From Gemmatimonadota bacterium (lineage in GTDB: Bacteria; Gemmatimonadota; Gemmatimonadetes; JACCXV01; JAHWKZ01), in assembly GCA_039588915.1 (NCBI GenBank), contig JBDGYV010000001.1:26365-90364 (forward strand): 64,000 nucleotides of DNA. Reading direction: 5' to 3'. The notes beneath the pieces were generated by a model. It had not been told where the DNA came from. It did not search any database and saw only the letters and a list, made by a program, of their open reading frames with translations. Each line of letters starts with the position of its first letter. The stretch's first letter is position 1. Below, one piece after another: positions 21,986-31,730 of the stretch. The translations under genes and the position numbers were made by a program.

Positions 21986-22721
21986 CGATCCGGATCGACC
22001 GCTTCTATCCGTCGTCGTTCCCGCCTACAACGAGCGCCCGACGATTGCCGAGCAGCTCAGGCGAGTTGCGGTGACGCCGTTCGAGAAAGAAATCGTGGTT
22101 GTCGATGACGGGTCGAACGATGGCACGCGCGAGTACTTGTCGGCAGTCGCCAGTGGAGAGGAGCGAATTCTGGATGGTAACGGACGCGCAGTTCCGACCA
22201 GGGTCATTTTCCAGACGAGCAATCAGGGTAAGGGGGCTGCGCTGCGCCGAGCTTTTGCCGAAGTGGACGGTGACATCGTTCTGGTTCAGGATGCCGATCT
22301 GGAGTACGACCCGCGCGATTACAAAGCGCTGGTCAGTCCAATTCTCGACGGAGTGGCGGACGTCGTATACGGCTCGCGGTTCCTAGGCGGACCCCAACGC
22401 GTGCACTTGTTCTGGCACTCTTTGGGCAATCGCGCGCTGACGCTGCTCTCCAATGCGCTCAACAATCTGAACCTGACTGACATGGAGACTGGTTTCAAAG
22501 TGTTTCGTCGAGAGGTCATTGAAGCGATCGGTCCAACTCTCAGGTCGAACCGTTTCGGTATCGAGCCGGAGATCACGGCTAAGGTCGCCCGCCGCGGCTA
22601 TCGGGTGTACGAAACGCCTATAGCGTATCACGGACGTGATTATTGCGGCGGCAAGAAAATCACTTGGCGCGACGGTGTAGCGGCGGTGTACCACGTGGTG
22701 CGGTTCCGATTGGCGGATTGA
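21972..22721 (+). CDS. Family 2 glycosyltransferase (dolichyl-phosphate mannosyltransferase-like)
   Basis: LSVVVPAYNE, VVDDGSNDGT and the DxD motif QDADLEYDP are present. GTG start. Confidence 0.8.
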   Translation: MASPNDPDRPLLSVVVPAYNERPTIAEQLRRVAVTPFEKEIVVVDDGSNDGTREYLSAVASGEERILDGNGRAVPTRVIFQTSNQGKGAALRRAFAEVDGDIVLVQDADLEYDPRDYKALVSPILDGVADVVYGSRFLGGPQRVHLFWHSLGNRALTLLSNALNNLNLTDMETGFKVFRREVIEAIGPTLRSNRFGIEPEITAKVARRGYRVYETPIAYHGRDYCGGKKITWRDGVAAVYHVVRFRLAD

Positions 22722-23509
22722 TGATCAGGGAGAAGTTCAGCGGAGAGTCCGGCGCGCCAATAGAAGCTCAGTTTGCCCGACCGTTGCCACGGCTCGAGCT
22801 TCGCTGGCGCGGACGCCCGCTGATCGCTGGCATAACGACGCGCGAGCTGAACTTTCGATCTGGGGTTGCTGGTGCGCGGTCGGCGCAAAACGCGCTCGAA
22901 GCGTGGGCTGGGCCACACTTCCGCTCGGTTGTGAAAGCTTCGCAAGTCCACGGGACCGAGCTGTTTCGCGCCGACACAGTCGCGCCAGGCATGATTCGGA
23001 TCGAGGCTCGGGACGGTTTTCTGGTCGCTACGGCGGGCGTACTGCTCACCGTCGGCGTTGCCGACTGTGTCCCCGCGCTCGTCTATGCGCCATCGGTTGG
23101 CGCGATCGCGCTCGTTCACGCCGGTTGGCGTGGGGTAGCGGGTGGGATCGTAGCCGCGGCGGTGGCCGAGCTGAGCGCCGAGTATGGGGCTCGTCCAAAT
23201 GAGTGCGTGGCGTACTGGGGGCCCGCGATCGGTCCGTGCTGCTACCCGGTTGGTGAGGAGGTGGTGGAATCGATTCGGGCCACGGGAGCGGGGCCCGATA
23301 CGGAGGGTTGGACCACGGGGGGCCGGAACGAGCGCCGGGTCGACCTGCGCGGCGCCCTAACCCGTCAAGCGGTATCCGCCGGGCTACTCCGGGCGTCGGT
23401 CGTTTCGTCCCCTGAGTGTACGTGTTGTGATCGAGAGCGCTTCCACAGTTATCGGCGGGATGGTGAAGATAGCGGGAGGATGGTCTTTTTTGCGGGTTTC
23501 CCGGGCTGA
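22721..23509 (+). CDS. pgeF: Peptidoglycan editing factor PgeF (YfiH/DUF152 laccase-domain protein)
   Basis: The ATG overlaps the upstream stop (ATGA). Conserved HAGWRGVAGGIV and Cys/His motifs of the YfiH family are present. Confidence 0.8.
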   Translation: MIREKFSGESGAPIEAQFARPLPRLELRWRGRPLIAGITTRELNFRSGVAGARSAQNALEAWAGPHFRSVVKASQVHGTELFRADTVAPGMIRIEARDGFLVATAGVLLTVGVADCVPALVYAPSVGAIALVHAGWRGVAGGIVAAAVAELSAEYGARPNECVAYWGPAIGPCCYPVGEEVVESIRATGAGPDTEGWTTGGRNERRVDLRGALTRQAVSAGLLRASVVSSPECTCCDRERFHSYRRDGEDSGRMVFFAGFPG

Positions 23510-23565
23510 CATGGGGCCGCTCACCTCTTGCCTTGACGCCCGTTTCGCGTAAATTTGGTAATGAA

Positions 23566-23590
23566 GTGGGGCGGTGTCCCCACTTTTTTT
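23566..23590 (+). terminator. Intrinsic terminator-like hairpin (GTGGGG-cggtgt-CCCCAC) plus T7, lying in the rimP-nusA-infB leader
   Basis: A perfect 6-bp GC stem and 6-nt loop are followed by TTTTTTT at 23584-23590. It lies 56 nt after the pgeF stop and 38 nt before the rimP ATG. Confidence 0.55.
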
Positions 23591-23627
23591 GCTTCCGCGT
23601 CAGCAACCCGAGAGCAGAGGCTGATCG

Positions 23628-24137
23628 ATGTCCGATGTCGACCGCATGAGGGTTGTGGTCGAGCCGGTCGTGGAACGGGCCGGAGCCGAGCTCGTGAACC
23701 TGGAGATCGGCGGGCGTCAGGGGCGACCCGTGGTGCGGGTCTACGTCGACACAGAAGCTGGCGTGACGCTGGATGAGTGTGCTCGGTTGTCCAGGTTGAT
23801 CGAGCCGGAGCTCGAATCGTCGGGGATCGTTCCGGAGAGATATGTACTCGAGGTTTCAAGCCCTGGGATCGAGCGGCCACTCGCCCGGCGGCGCGACTTC
23901 GAGCGCTTTGCTGGACGCGAGATAGCGATCCGACTGCATACCGGTCGGGAAGGTCGCAAGCGATTTGTCGGCATTCTCGAGAGCGTGGTTGATCGGGGCG
24001 ATGGCTCGTTTGGCGTAGTGCTACGCGACTCAGTTGGTGGAACCGACGATCGGTGGATCTTTGGCCACAGTGAGATAGCCAGCGCCAAGTTGCACGTTGA
24101 TTGGCGGTCTGCCACCGGAGCCAAGAGCAAGAGATGA
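23628..24137 (+). CDS. rimP: Ribosome maturation factor RimP
   Basis: 169 aa. GAGG at 23617-23620 precedes the ATG. It lies immediately upstream of nusA, as in the canonical operon. Confidence 0.85.
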   Translation: MSDVDRMRVVVEPVVERAGAELVNLEIGGRQGRPVVRVYVDTEAGVTLDECARLSRLIEPELESSGIVPERYVLEVSSPGIERPLARRRDFERFAGREIAIRLHTGREGRKRFVGILESVVDRGDGSFGVVLRDSVGGTDDRWIFGHSEIASAKLHVDWRSATGAKSKR

Positions 24138-24170
24138 CTCCGATAGGGGCTTGATAGGAGCAGTGAGAGT

Positions 24171-26030
24171 ATGGAAATCCTAGAAGCATTTGGTCAGCTG
24201 ACCCGAGAGAAGGCGCTCGAGAAATCGGAGGTTGTCGAGCTCGTCCAGGTCGGCATGTTGGCAGCCGTTCGGCGCAAGTATGGAGCTGAGGCCGAGGCCG
24301 AAGTGCTCGTCGACCCGGTCACCGGTGAGATCCGCATCTACATGCTAAAGGAGATCGTGGCCGACGAAGAGGCAATAGAGGATCCGTCGCGTCAGATGAC
24401 GGTCGAGGAGGCTAAGCAGCTGCCATTCGTCAACGAACCGTGGGGCGACGATGATCCGGTCCCAGGTCAGGTGGCCGAGATCCCGCTCGACTACAATACG
24501 TTTGGTCGCAACGCCATTCAGGCGGCCAAGCAGATGATCATCCAGAAAGTGCGGGAGGAAGAGCGAAATCGTATTCGCGAGGAGTACGCTGATCGAGTGG
24601 GCGAGCTCGTCTCGGGGACTGTGCAGCAGGTGGACCGCGGTAATGCGCTGGTCTTTCTTGATCGTCGAACGGAGGCGCTCCTCCCGGGACGAGAACAGGT
24701 GCGCCGCGAGTATCTGCGACAAGGCGAAACTGTGCGCGCCTTGCTGCTGGACATTCGAGAGACCAACAAGGGTCCGCAGCTAATCTTGAGTCGTACGCAT
24801 CCCGACTTCGTGTGCGCACTCTTCGCGCTTGAGGTGCCCGAGGTCTTTCAGGGTATCGTGGAGATTCGAGCCATCGCGCGTGAGCCCGGGAGTCGTTCCA
24901 AGATCGCCGTTTGGTCGCGGGACCAGCACGTTGATCCGGTGGGTGCTTGCGTGGGTCTGAAGGGCAGCCGCGTCCAGGCGGTGGTGTCGGAGCTGGGCGG
25001 CGAGCGGATCGATATCGTGCCGTGGACCGACGAATCTCGCGAGTTCATCGCCCAGGCGTTGTCACCAGCCGACGTTTACAAGATCATGCTCCATGAGCCC
25101 GAAGGCGGCGACGAAGGCGGGCTGTTCGCCGAAACAGCAGAGGCTACGGCGTTCAAGCCGCGCTCCCGTTTCCGTGGCCCGACGGCGGCACCGGCACCGT
25201 CGCAGCCGGCCAGTCCCGAAGAGACGGTGGCTGCGCTGGAAGCGTCGAAGGCATCGCTTGAGGAGGCGGCCCGGCGCGAAACGGAACGAATGACCGATGA
25301 CGCTGATGCCGCACCGCAAGAGGCGATCGGCGAAAAAGCGGAGATCGAAACCGAGGCCGCTGCTGGGGCGAAGCCCGATGATAGCGCTGAAGAAACGACT
25401 CCGACGATCGCTGAAGAGAGCGCGCCGATTGACACCGAGGTACCGGAGAAACGGGCCACAGTGGTGTGCTCAGAAGATCAGCTCTCGTTGGCGATCGGCC
25501 GTTCCGGCCAGAATGTCCGGCTGGCGTCAAAGCTTACCGGGTACCGGATCGACCTGGTCAGCAAGGCTGAGTACCTAGCCCAGGAAGAAGAGGTGTTGTT
25601 CGGTCGCAAACCGGAAGTCGAGGCTGCCACCGCAGCGACCGAGCCCGACACTGAGGCCGGTGATTTTGCCCTCAGTCAGGTTCCGGGAATCACTCCCGAG
25701 ACGGTTGAAGCCATGGTTAACGCCGGCTACAAGACCTTCAATGACATCATCGATCTCGAGGTCGATGATATGGCTGCGGTTCCAGGTATGACCCAAGAGG
25801 CCGCCGAGCTGTTGACGCGAGTAATTGACGAGTTGACGGTCGAGGTCGAAGAGGAGTGGGACGAGGAAGAGGGCGAGTACGTGCCGACCGAGCCGGGGTC
25901 GGTTGAGCCATCAACGTCGGAGACGGCAAGCGATGATGAGCACGGCACGGACGAGGATGTTGCGACGCCGACTACCGCTGCAGAGAGCGCGGGGGCGGAT
26001 GACATCGATACGGATGAGATCGACGGTTGA
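24171..26030 (+). CDS. nusA: Transcription termination/antitermination factor NusA (extended, with an extra KH-like module)
   Basis: The NTD, S1, KH1 (IVEIRAIAREPGSRSKIAV) and KH2 (GACVGLKGSRVQAVVSELGGERIDIV) are followed by an acidic/Ala-rich linker. A third KH-like segment LAIGRSGQNVRLASKLTGYRIDLV then precedes an HhH domain and an acidic tail. Confidence 0.95.
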   Translation: MEILEAFGQLTREKALEKSEVVELVQVGMLAAVRRKYGAEAEAEVLVDPVTGEIRIYMLKEIVADEEAIEDPSRQMTVEEAKQLPFVNEPWGDDDPVPGQVAEIPLDYNTFGRNAIQAAKQMIIQKVREEERNRIREEYADRVGELVSGTVQQVDRGNALVFLDRRTEALLPGREQVRREYLRQGETVRALLLDIRETNKGPQLILSRTHPDFVCALFALEVPEVFQGIVEIRAIAREPGSRSKIAVWSRDQHVDPVGACVGLKGSRVQAVVSELGGERIDIVPWTDESREFIAQALSPADVYKIMLHEPEGGDEGGLFAETAEATAFKPRSRFRGPTAAPAPSQPASPEETVAALEASKASLEEAARRETERMTDDADAAPQEAIGEKAEIETEAAAGAKPDDSAEETTPTIAEESAPIDTEVPEKRATVVCSEDQLSLAIGRSGQNVRLASKLTGYRIDLVSKAEYLAQEEEVLFGRKPEVEAATAATEPDTEAGDFALSQVPGITPETVEAMVNAGYKTFNDIIDLEVDDMAAVPGMTQEAAELLTRVIDELTVEVEEEWDEEEGEYVPTEPGSVEPSTSETASDDEHGTDEDVATPTTAAESAGADDIDTDEIDG

Positions 26031-26067
26031 TCGAGTCGGCCCGACGCTTAAGCCTCGCGCCAACGGC

Positions 26068-26385
26068 TTGGTCCGGCAGGCACGCCGCGCGGGCCGGATC
26101 GTGATCGGGGTGCAACAAACCCGGGCTGCGGCCCGGGCGGGACGCGCTGCGGCGACACTAGTGGCTGACGATTTGGGTCCTCGGCGGCGCGAGATACTCC
26201 TCGATGGCCTGAACCAAGCCGGCGTGACTGTGTACGACGGCTGGAACAAGGACGAGTTGGGTGAAATCGCTGGCCGCGTGGCAGTCGCCGCGCTGACGAT
26301 CACGGATCATCACATCGCCAACGGACTGTCTGGAATCGTTGCTTCGGAGAAACCGGATCCACAAAAGGAGCCTGGACGTGGCTAA
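26068..26385 (+). CDS. L7Ae/YlxQ-family RNA-binding protein (putative)
   Basis: TTG at 26068, after the nusA stop. It lies in the conserved slot between nusA and infB, is about 105 aa, and contains RIVIGVQQTRAAARAG...AVAALTI, which is L7Ae-like. The start is uncertain (GTG 26101 is an alternative). Confidence 0.5.
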   Translation: MVRQARRAGRIVIGVQQTRAAARAGRAAATLVADDLGPRRREILLDGLNQAGVTVYDGWNKDELGEIAGRVAVAALTITDHHIANGLSGIVASEKPDPQKEPGRG

Positions 26386-28609
26386 GGTTCGAATCTATGA
26401 GGTTGCCCGGCGCTTCAACGTGTCGAGCGAAGCCATGGTGAACCTTCTCAAAGAGATGAAGGTTCCGGTGAAGAACCATATGTCCTCGATCGACGATGAG
26501 ACGATTGCTCAGGTCGCGGCCAAGTTCGAGGCCGAGAAGGAAGCCGTAAAACAGGCCGAAGGGGAAAAGAAGAGAAAGCTCGACGAAGCCAAGCGGAAGC
26601 GTCGCGCGAAGAAGGATGAAGTCAAGCCTCAGGTAAAAACGGTTGAAGCAGGAACCGCAGAACTGGGTGTTGCCAGCGCAGGCCAACCCCCGCAGGGGCC
26701 CCGTCGTCGTCGTCGCCGCCGTAGGCGTCGGAAGGTGGACCAGGCAGCGGTGGAGCAAAACATCCGCCAAACGATGGCCAAGATGGAAGGCCGAACGCGG
26801 CGACGTAAGCGAGTCCATCGCGCGGAGCGAGAAACCGTCGCAGCTGAACCTGAGAACCTGGTGAAGGTCACCGAGTTCGTATCGGTTGCCGAGTTGGCCG
26901 ATCTGATCAGCGTTCCAGCCACCAAGATCATCGCTACCTGTATGGAGCTCGGGCTCATGGTGACCGTGAATCAGCGCCTCGACTTTGACACGATAAGCCT
27001 GATCTGCGAGGAGTTCGGTTATGCCGCGCAGAGGCAGGAAGCGTTCGTAGTAAGTGAACCGGAAGATGTCGAGGAAATCGAGGCGGATCTCACACCAAGG
27101 CCACCCGTGATCACCGTGATGGGACACGTCGACCACGGAAAGACATCACTGCTCGATCACATTCGCAAGACGAATGTGATCGCCGGTGAATCGGGCGGAA
27201 TTACCCAGCACATTGGTGCCTACGAGGTCGCTTTGAGCGATGGTCGCCACGTTACGTTCATCGATACGCCGGGCCACGAGGCGTTTACAGCGATGCGTGC
27301 CAGGGGCGCCCAGACGACGGATATCGTGATCCTGGTGGTTGCCGCCGACGACAGCGTAATGCCGCAGACCGTGGAGGCGATCGATCACGCGCGTGCCGCC
27401 GGTGTCCCCATCATGGTCGCCATCAACAAGATCGATCTACCGGAGGCCCAGATCGACAAGGTCAAGCAAGAGCTCACGAACCACGGTGTCGTCATCGAGG
27501 AGTTTGGTGGAGACGTGTTGGCGACCGAAGTCAGCGCCAAGACCGGGCAAGGGGTCGAAGAATTGCTTGAGAAAGTGGTGCTGCAGGCCGAGTTGCTGGA
27601 TCTGAAGGCGAACGCGGATCGATCGGCCCGTGGCGTGGTGATCGAGGCGGAGCTGGATCGCGGCATGGGGCCGTTGGCGACGATCCTCGTGACGACCGGA
27701 ACGCTCAAGCTCGGTGACTCGTTCATCTGTGGCCTGTTCGACGGCAAGGTTCGCGCGCTGTTGGACGAGCGAAGCAACAACGTTTCCGAGGCTGGGCCGT
27801 CGACGCCGATCCGTGTGCTGGGGCTTGGTGGTGTACCCGAGGCGGGTGACACCTTCGCGGTGCTGGATGGCGACCGACAAACACGTGAGATAGCTCAGAA
27901 ACGACAGCGGCTCCAGCGCGAGCAAGGGTTCCGTCGAACCAAGGAACCGACTACTCTGGAGGAGCTGTACGAACAGGTGCAAGCGGGGCGCATCGAACGC
28001 CTCAATGTGATCCTCAAGGGTGACGTTGGGGGTTCAGTTGAGGCACTCGCGGACGAGTTGACGAAGCTATCGACGGAAGAAGTGCAGGTGACGGTGATTC
28101 ACCGCGGCGTGGGCGCGATCTCCGAGAACGACGTTGTCCTGGCTGCGGCGTCGAATGCCATCATCATCGGGTTCCACGTGCGACCCGATGCTCGGGCCCG
28201 TGCAACCGCCGAGAGAGAGGGCGTCGATATCCGTCACTATCGCGTCATCTACGAGGTGGCTGAAGATGTTCGCAAGGCGATGGAGGGTCTCTTGGCACCT
28301 GAGGAGCGAGAGGTGGTACTCGGCTCGGCGGAGGTGCGGAAGATCTTCAAGGTTGGTCGGTTGGGTACTATCGCTGGGTGTCAGGTAGCCGACGGGGTGA
28401 TCCCCCGAGCCGCTCGAGTGCGTGTCGTGCGTGATGGCGTCGAGGTTTACGAAGGCGCCATCGCTTCACTCAAGCGGTTCAAGGATGACGTTCGCGAAGT
28501 ACGCGAGGGCTTCGAGTGCGGGATCAACGTCGAGGGCTTCAATGATGTCAAAGTCGGTGACGTCATTGAGGCGTACAAGATCGAGGAAGTGCAGCGCACG
28601 CTGGCCTAG
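26378..28609 (+). CDS. infB: Translation initiation factor IF-2
   Basis: GTG at 26378 is preceded by AAAGGAG at 26363-26369. [13 protein letters not shown] is the typical IF2 N-terminus. The G domain [18 protein letters not shown] and NKID is present. Confidence 0.95.
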   Translation: MAKVRIYEVARRFNVSSEAMVNLLKEMKVPVKNHMSSIDDETIAQVAAKFEAEKEAVKQAEGEKKRKLDEAKRKRRAKKDEVKPQVKTVEAGTAELGVASAGQPPQGPRRRRRRRRRRKVDQAAVEQNIRQTMAKMEGRTRRRKRVHRAERETVAAEPENLVKVTEFVSVAELADLISVPATKIIATCMELGLMVTVNQRLDFDTISLICEEFGYAAQRQEAFVVSEPEDVEEIEADLTPRPPVITVMGHVDHGKTSLLDHIRKTNVIAGESGGITQHIGAYEVALSDGRHVTFIDTPGHEAFTAMRARGAQTTDIVILVVAADDSVMPQTVEAIDHARAAGVPIMVAINKIDLPEAQIDKVKQELTNHGVVIEEFGGDVLATEVSAKTGQGVEELLEKVVLQAELLDLKANADRSARGVVIEAELDRGMGPLATILVTTGTLKLGDSFICGLFDGKVRALLDERSNNVSEAGPSTPIRVLGLGGVPEAGDTFAVLDGDRQTREIAQKRQRLQREQGFRRTKEPTTLEELYEQVQAGRIERLNVILKGDVGGSVEALADELTKLSTEEVQVTVIHRGVGAISENDVVLAAASNAIIIGFHVRPDARARATAEREGVDIRHYRVIYEVAEDVRKAMEGLLAPEEREVVLGSAEVRKIFKVGRLGTIAGCQVADGVIPRAARVRVVRDGVEVYEGAIASLKRFKDDVREVREGFECGINVEGFNDVKVGDVIEAYKIEEVQRTLA

Positions 28610-28621
28610 GGTTGGCGCGCC

Positions 28622-28906
28622 ATGACGATCGTCGGCCTCCGCACTTTCGACGTTCATATCCACGGATCACAATCGCTCAAGGAGAAACGATTCGTCCTGA
28701 GAAGTGTCAAGGATCGGATCTCCAATCGCTTTAACGTTTCGATCGCCGAGACTGGGCATCTCGAGAAGTGGCAGCGAACCGAGCTCGCGGTTGCGGTGGT
28801 GAGCGGTCAGCGACGAAACGTCGAGAAGACTCTAGACGCGATCCTCGATTTTCTCGACGGGGAATCAGAGCTTCGCGTCATTGATACCTGCACCGAGATC
28901 TACTGA
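28622..28906 (+). CDS. DUF503 (YlxP-like) protein
   Basis: 94 aa. It occupies the conserved slot between infB and rbfA. Confidence 0.7.
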   Translation: MTIVGLRTFDVHIHGSQSLKEKRFVLRSVKDRISNRFNVSIAETGHLEKWQRTELAVAVVSGQRRNVEKTLDAILDFLDGESELRVIDTCTEIY

Positions 28907-28932
28907 CGCGATCGTGGTGCGAAGCGGGGCAC

Positions 28933-30210
28933 ATGGCCCACGGATACCGACGTAAACGCCGAGTTGATGAACTCCTCAAGCAGGAGATCGCCGGGGTCTT
29001 GAGCGTGAAGCTCAAGGATCCGCGGATCGGGTTCGCCACTGTGATGGCTGTAAGGAGCGCGCCTGACTTGAGAACTGCGCGGGTATATGTCAGCGTGCTA
29101 GGTGATGAAGAGGAAAAGCAAGCCACGTTAAAAGTCTTGCGCGGGGCGGCTGGATTCGTTCGCTCGCGGGTGGGTGACGTGGTGACGCTGAAGTACCTAC
29201 CGGAGCTGCATTTCGAGCTTGATCGAACACTGGAGAAGGCGGCCAGAATCGAGACCATCCTCGGAGGTTTTGATCCGGGCGACTCGGAGGCTGGTGCTGG
29301 CAGTGCGACCGAACCCGCAGGCATTCTATTGCTCGACAAGCCGGTCGGTCCAACCAGTCACGACGCGGTTCAGGTCGTTCGGCGGGCGATAGGAACACGT
29401 CGCGTGGGCCACTTCGGCACGCTGGATCCGTTTGCGACCGGCTTGCTGGTCTGTGGTGTCGGCCCAGCTACTCGATTGGCGCCGTTCTGCAGCGGGCACA
29501 ATAAGACATATGAGGTCACCGTTCGACTCGGCTGGCGCAGCACAACCGATGACCCCGAAGGCGAGCTATCGGCAACCGAGAGGGTGATTGAGCCCACGGC
29601 GGAGGAGATCGACGAGGTGTGCCGCGCGTGGACGGGACGCGTGGCGCAGACGCCACCGAGTTATTCCGCCAAGCACATCAGCGGGAAGCGGGCCTACGAG
29701 CGTGCGCGAGCCGGTGAGACGGTTACGCTACCCGACGTCGAAGTGACGATTGATAGCGTGACGATCGAGCGGTACGCCTTCCCGGAGTTGGCGCTCATCG
29801 TGGCGTGCGGCGGCGGTACCTACATGCGCGCGCTGGCACGTGATATCGGTGAGACCCTCGGAACTGGCGGGTACTGCGCGGCGCTCAGGCGAACCCGATC
29901 GGGACCGTTCGCTGTTGAGACCGCCATCGGCTGGGACGCCTTGGCCGAGCCCGACCTCGTGCGTGACGCGATCCAACCCACGGCAACGGCCGTCGTGGAA
30001 CTCCCGGTCATCCAGCTAAGTGACGCTCAGCGGATGGCGGTTGCACACGGTCAGAAGATCGAGAATCTCGATTCGTGCGGACAGGAAGAGGGTTGGGTCC
30101 AACTTCATGGACCGAGCGGGTTTGTCGGATTAGGAGAGTTTCACCACGAGCCGCATGGATGGCAGCTCTTGCCGCGCCGGATTCTGTACCCCGAGGGGGA
30201 GGGTCGCTGA
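28933..30210 (+). CDS. rbfA-truB: Fused ribosome-binding factor A / tRNA pseudouridine-55 synthase (RbfA-TruB in one reading frame)
   Basis: Residues 1 to about 110 match RbfA (KDPRIGFATV...LKYLPELHFELD). A linker GGFDPGDSEAGAGSATEPAG follows. Residues from about 130 match TruB (LLLDKPVGPTSHD...GTLDPFATGLL). There is no in-frame stop between 28933 and 30208. Confidence 0.85.
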   Translation: MAHGYRRKRRVDELLKQEIAGVLSVKLKDPRIGFATVMAVRSAPDLRTARVYVSVLGDEEEKQATLKVLRGAAGFVRSRVGDVVTLKYLPELHFELDRTLEKAARIETILGGFDPGDSEAGAGSATEPAGILLLDKPVGPTSHDAVQVVRRAIGTRRVGHFGTLDPFATGLLVCGVGPATRLAPFCSGHNKTYEVTVRLGWRSTTDDPEGELSATERVIEPTAEEIDEVCRAWTGRVAQTPPSYSAKHISGKRAYERARAGETVTLPDVEVTIDSVTIERYAFPELALIVACGGGTYMRALARDIGETLGTGGYCAALRRTRSGPFAVETAIGWDALAEPDLVRDAIQPTATAVVELPVIQLSDAQRMAVAHGQKIENLDSCGQEEGWVQLHGPSGFVGLGEFHHEPHGWQLLPRRILYPEGEGR

Positions 30211-30212
30211 AG

Positions 30213-31139
30213 TTGGCTGCGGGTTTGCCGGGTTCACGGCGCACCACCATAACAGTTGGGACCTTTGACGGCGTCCATCGTGGTCATCAGGCCGTCCTGA
30301 GAGAGATCGTGCGTCGTGCCCGCGCCGCTGATCGCGAGAGCGTCCTAGTGACCTTTGAACCTCACCCGCTCCGGATTGTGGCGCCGGAGCGAGCGCCGTG
30401 CTTGCTGACGACACCGATCGAGCGCCGGCTTTTGTGGGCACAGTTCGAACTCGACTACGTGGTCGTGGTGCCGTTTGACGAACGATTGCGCCAACTGGCC
30501 CCCGAGGCGTTTGTACGTGACGTTCTCGTGCGACAGCTCAGGCTGGGTGAGCTGGTAATCGGCTACGATCACGGCTTCGGTAAGGATCGTGCGGGCGATG
30601 TCGAGACGTTGCGTCGTCTGGGTATAGAGGAAGAGTTCTCGGTTGATGTTGTAGGGCCGGTCACAGCCGGCGAGCAAACGGTCTCTAGCACCAAGATCCG
30701 AGATGCGATTGCGGGTGGTGATCTTGCGATCGCGGCAGCCGGTCTCGGACGACCCTACTCGGCCTACGGGCGGGTGGTGCGTGGCGCGGGTCGTGGCCGG
30801 TCGCTGGGGTTTGCGACGGCCAATCTCGAACTGAGTCTCAATAAGTGCTTGCCCCCGGAGGGCGTGTACGCGGTACTAGCCGAGATCGATGGAGAGCATC
30901 ATGGGGCAATGGCTAACCTCGGCCCGCGACCGACGTTTGAAGAGGGGCCTGGCGGACTCGAAGCGCACGTCCTGGATTGGTCGGGCGAACCCCTCTATGG
31001 GGCTCTTGTGGGCATCGAGTTTGTCCGCCGGCTGCGGCCGATCAAGCGCTTTGACGGTCCCGAGGAACTGTCAGCGCAGCTAGGTCGTGACCGGGTGGCG
31101 GCGCGGACGGCTCTGGCTGATCCCCTGGAGGTGGCGTAA
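30213..31139 (+). CDS. ribF: Bifunctional riboflavin kinase / FMN adenylyltransferase
   Basis: TTG at 30213 is adjacent to the truB stop. The FAD synthetase motif ITVGTFDGVHRGHQ and a C-terminal riboflavin kinase domain are present. Confidence 0.85.
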   Translation: MAAGLPGSRRTTITVGTFDGVHRGHQAVLREIVRRARAADRESVLVTFEPHPLRIVAPERAPCLLTTPIERRLLWAQFELDYVVVVPFDERLRQLAPEAFVRDVLVRQLRLGELVIGYDHGFGKDRAGDVETLRRLGIEEEFSVDVVGPVTAGEQTVSSTKIRDAIAGGDLAIAAAGLGRPYSAYGRVVRGAGRGRSLGFATANLELSLNKCLPPEGVYAVLAEIDGEHHGAMANLGPRPTFEEGPGGLEAHVLDWSGEPLYGALVGIEFVRRLRPIKRFDGPEELSAQLGRDRVAARTALADPLEVA

Positions 31140-31225
31140 TGCGTTCTGCTGTAGTATCCTCCACTACTATAGCTTGATGTTTTCAGCACCCACATTCTAG
31201 ACATTGATCGAGGGACAACGCGTCT
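31140..31225 (+). promoter_or_regulatory. AT-rich putative rpsO promoter region
   Basis: ctgctgtagtatcctccactactatagcttgatgttttcagcacccacattctagacattga is locally low in GC, with TAGTAT/TATAGC -10-like elements. Confidence 0.3.
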
Positions 31226-31495
31226 ATGAGCTTGAGTTCTTCGCAGAAGAGCGAGGTCATCGAGGGTTTCCGGGAGCACGAGACGGATACCGGTTCGAGT
31301 AGAGTGCAGATCGCCGTCCTCACCCGGCGAATCAACGAACTTACCGATCATTTCCGCCAGCACCCTCACGATCATCACAGCCGTCGCGGTTTGCTCAAGA
31401 TGGTGGGCAGACGGCGACGACTGCTCGACTATTTGAAGCGCACCGATGTTGAGCAGTACCGACAGATTCTGGAGGAGTTGAACCTCCGGAAGTAG
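31226..31495 (+). CDS. rpsO: 30S ribosomal protein S15
   Basis: 89 aa. [15 protein letters not shown]...[16 protein letters not shown] is a full-length S15 match. Confidence 0.95.
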   Translation: MSLSSSQKSEVIEGFREHETDTGSSRVQIAVLTRRINELTDHFRQHPHDHHSRRGLLKMVGRRRRLLDYLKRTDVEQYRQILEELNLRK

Positions 31496-31730
31496 TGCGT
31501 CGATCGGCTCGTTTGATCGGGTCGACCGATTCGTTTGCGCCCGCGACGGGGCGCGGGAAGAGCGGCGTTCGGCGTGAGATGTACGCGGTACGATGATCGA
31601 CTCGTACCCCGCATATCTTACGGCGAAACGTGCCGCACCTTCTTCCGCCTTCCGCCTGACGGGCGTCCACAGGACGCCGGGCAGCGGCTGACGCTGAAAC
31701 CCGGCTTGTAACCGTCAGGAGAAAAAGAGA
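31496..31730 (+). promoter_or_regulatory. rpsO terminator / pnp leader region with GC-rich hairpins
   Basis: A 235-nt untranslated gap carries the hairpin CCCGCG-acgggg-CGCGGG around 31541-31557 and other self-complementary segments. AGGAGA at 31718-31723 is the pnp RBS. Confidence 0.3.

Noticed and set aside
22420-22440. Sigma-54-like TGGCAC-N5-GGGCA
   Set aside because: It is inside the GT2 glycosyltransferase coding region with no downstream gene start. The -12 element is imperfect.
26385-26400. tRNA T-arm-like string AAGGTTCGAATCT
   Set aside because: It lies at the very start of infB and encodes K-V-R-I-Y. There is no flanking cloverleaf or acceptor stem, so it is coincidental.
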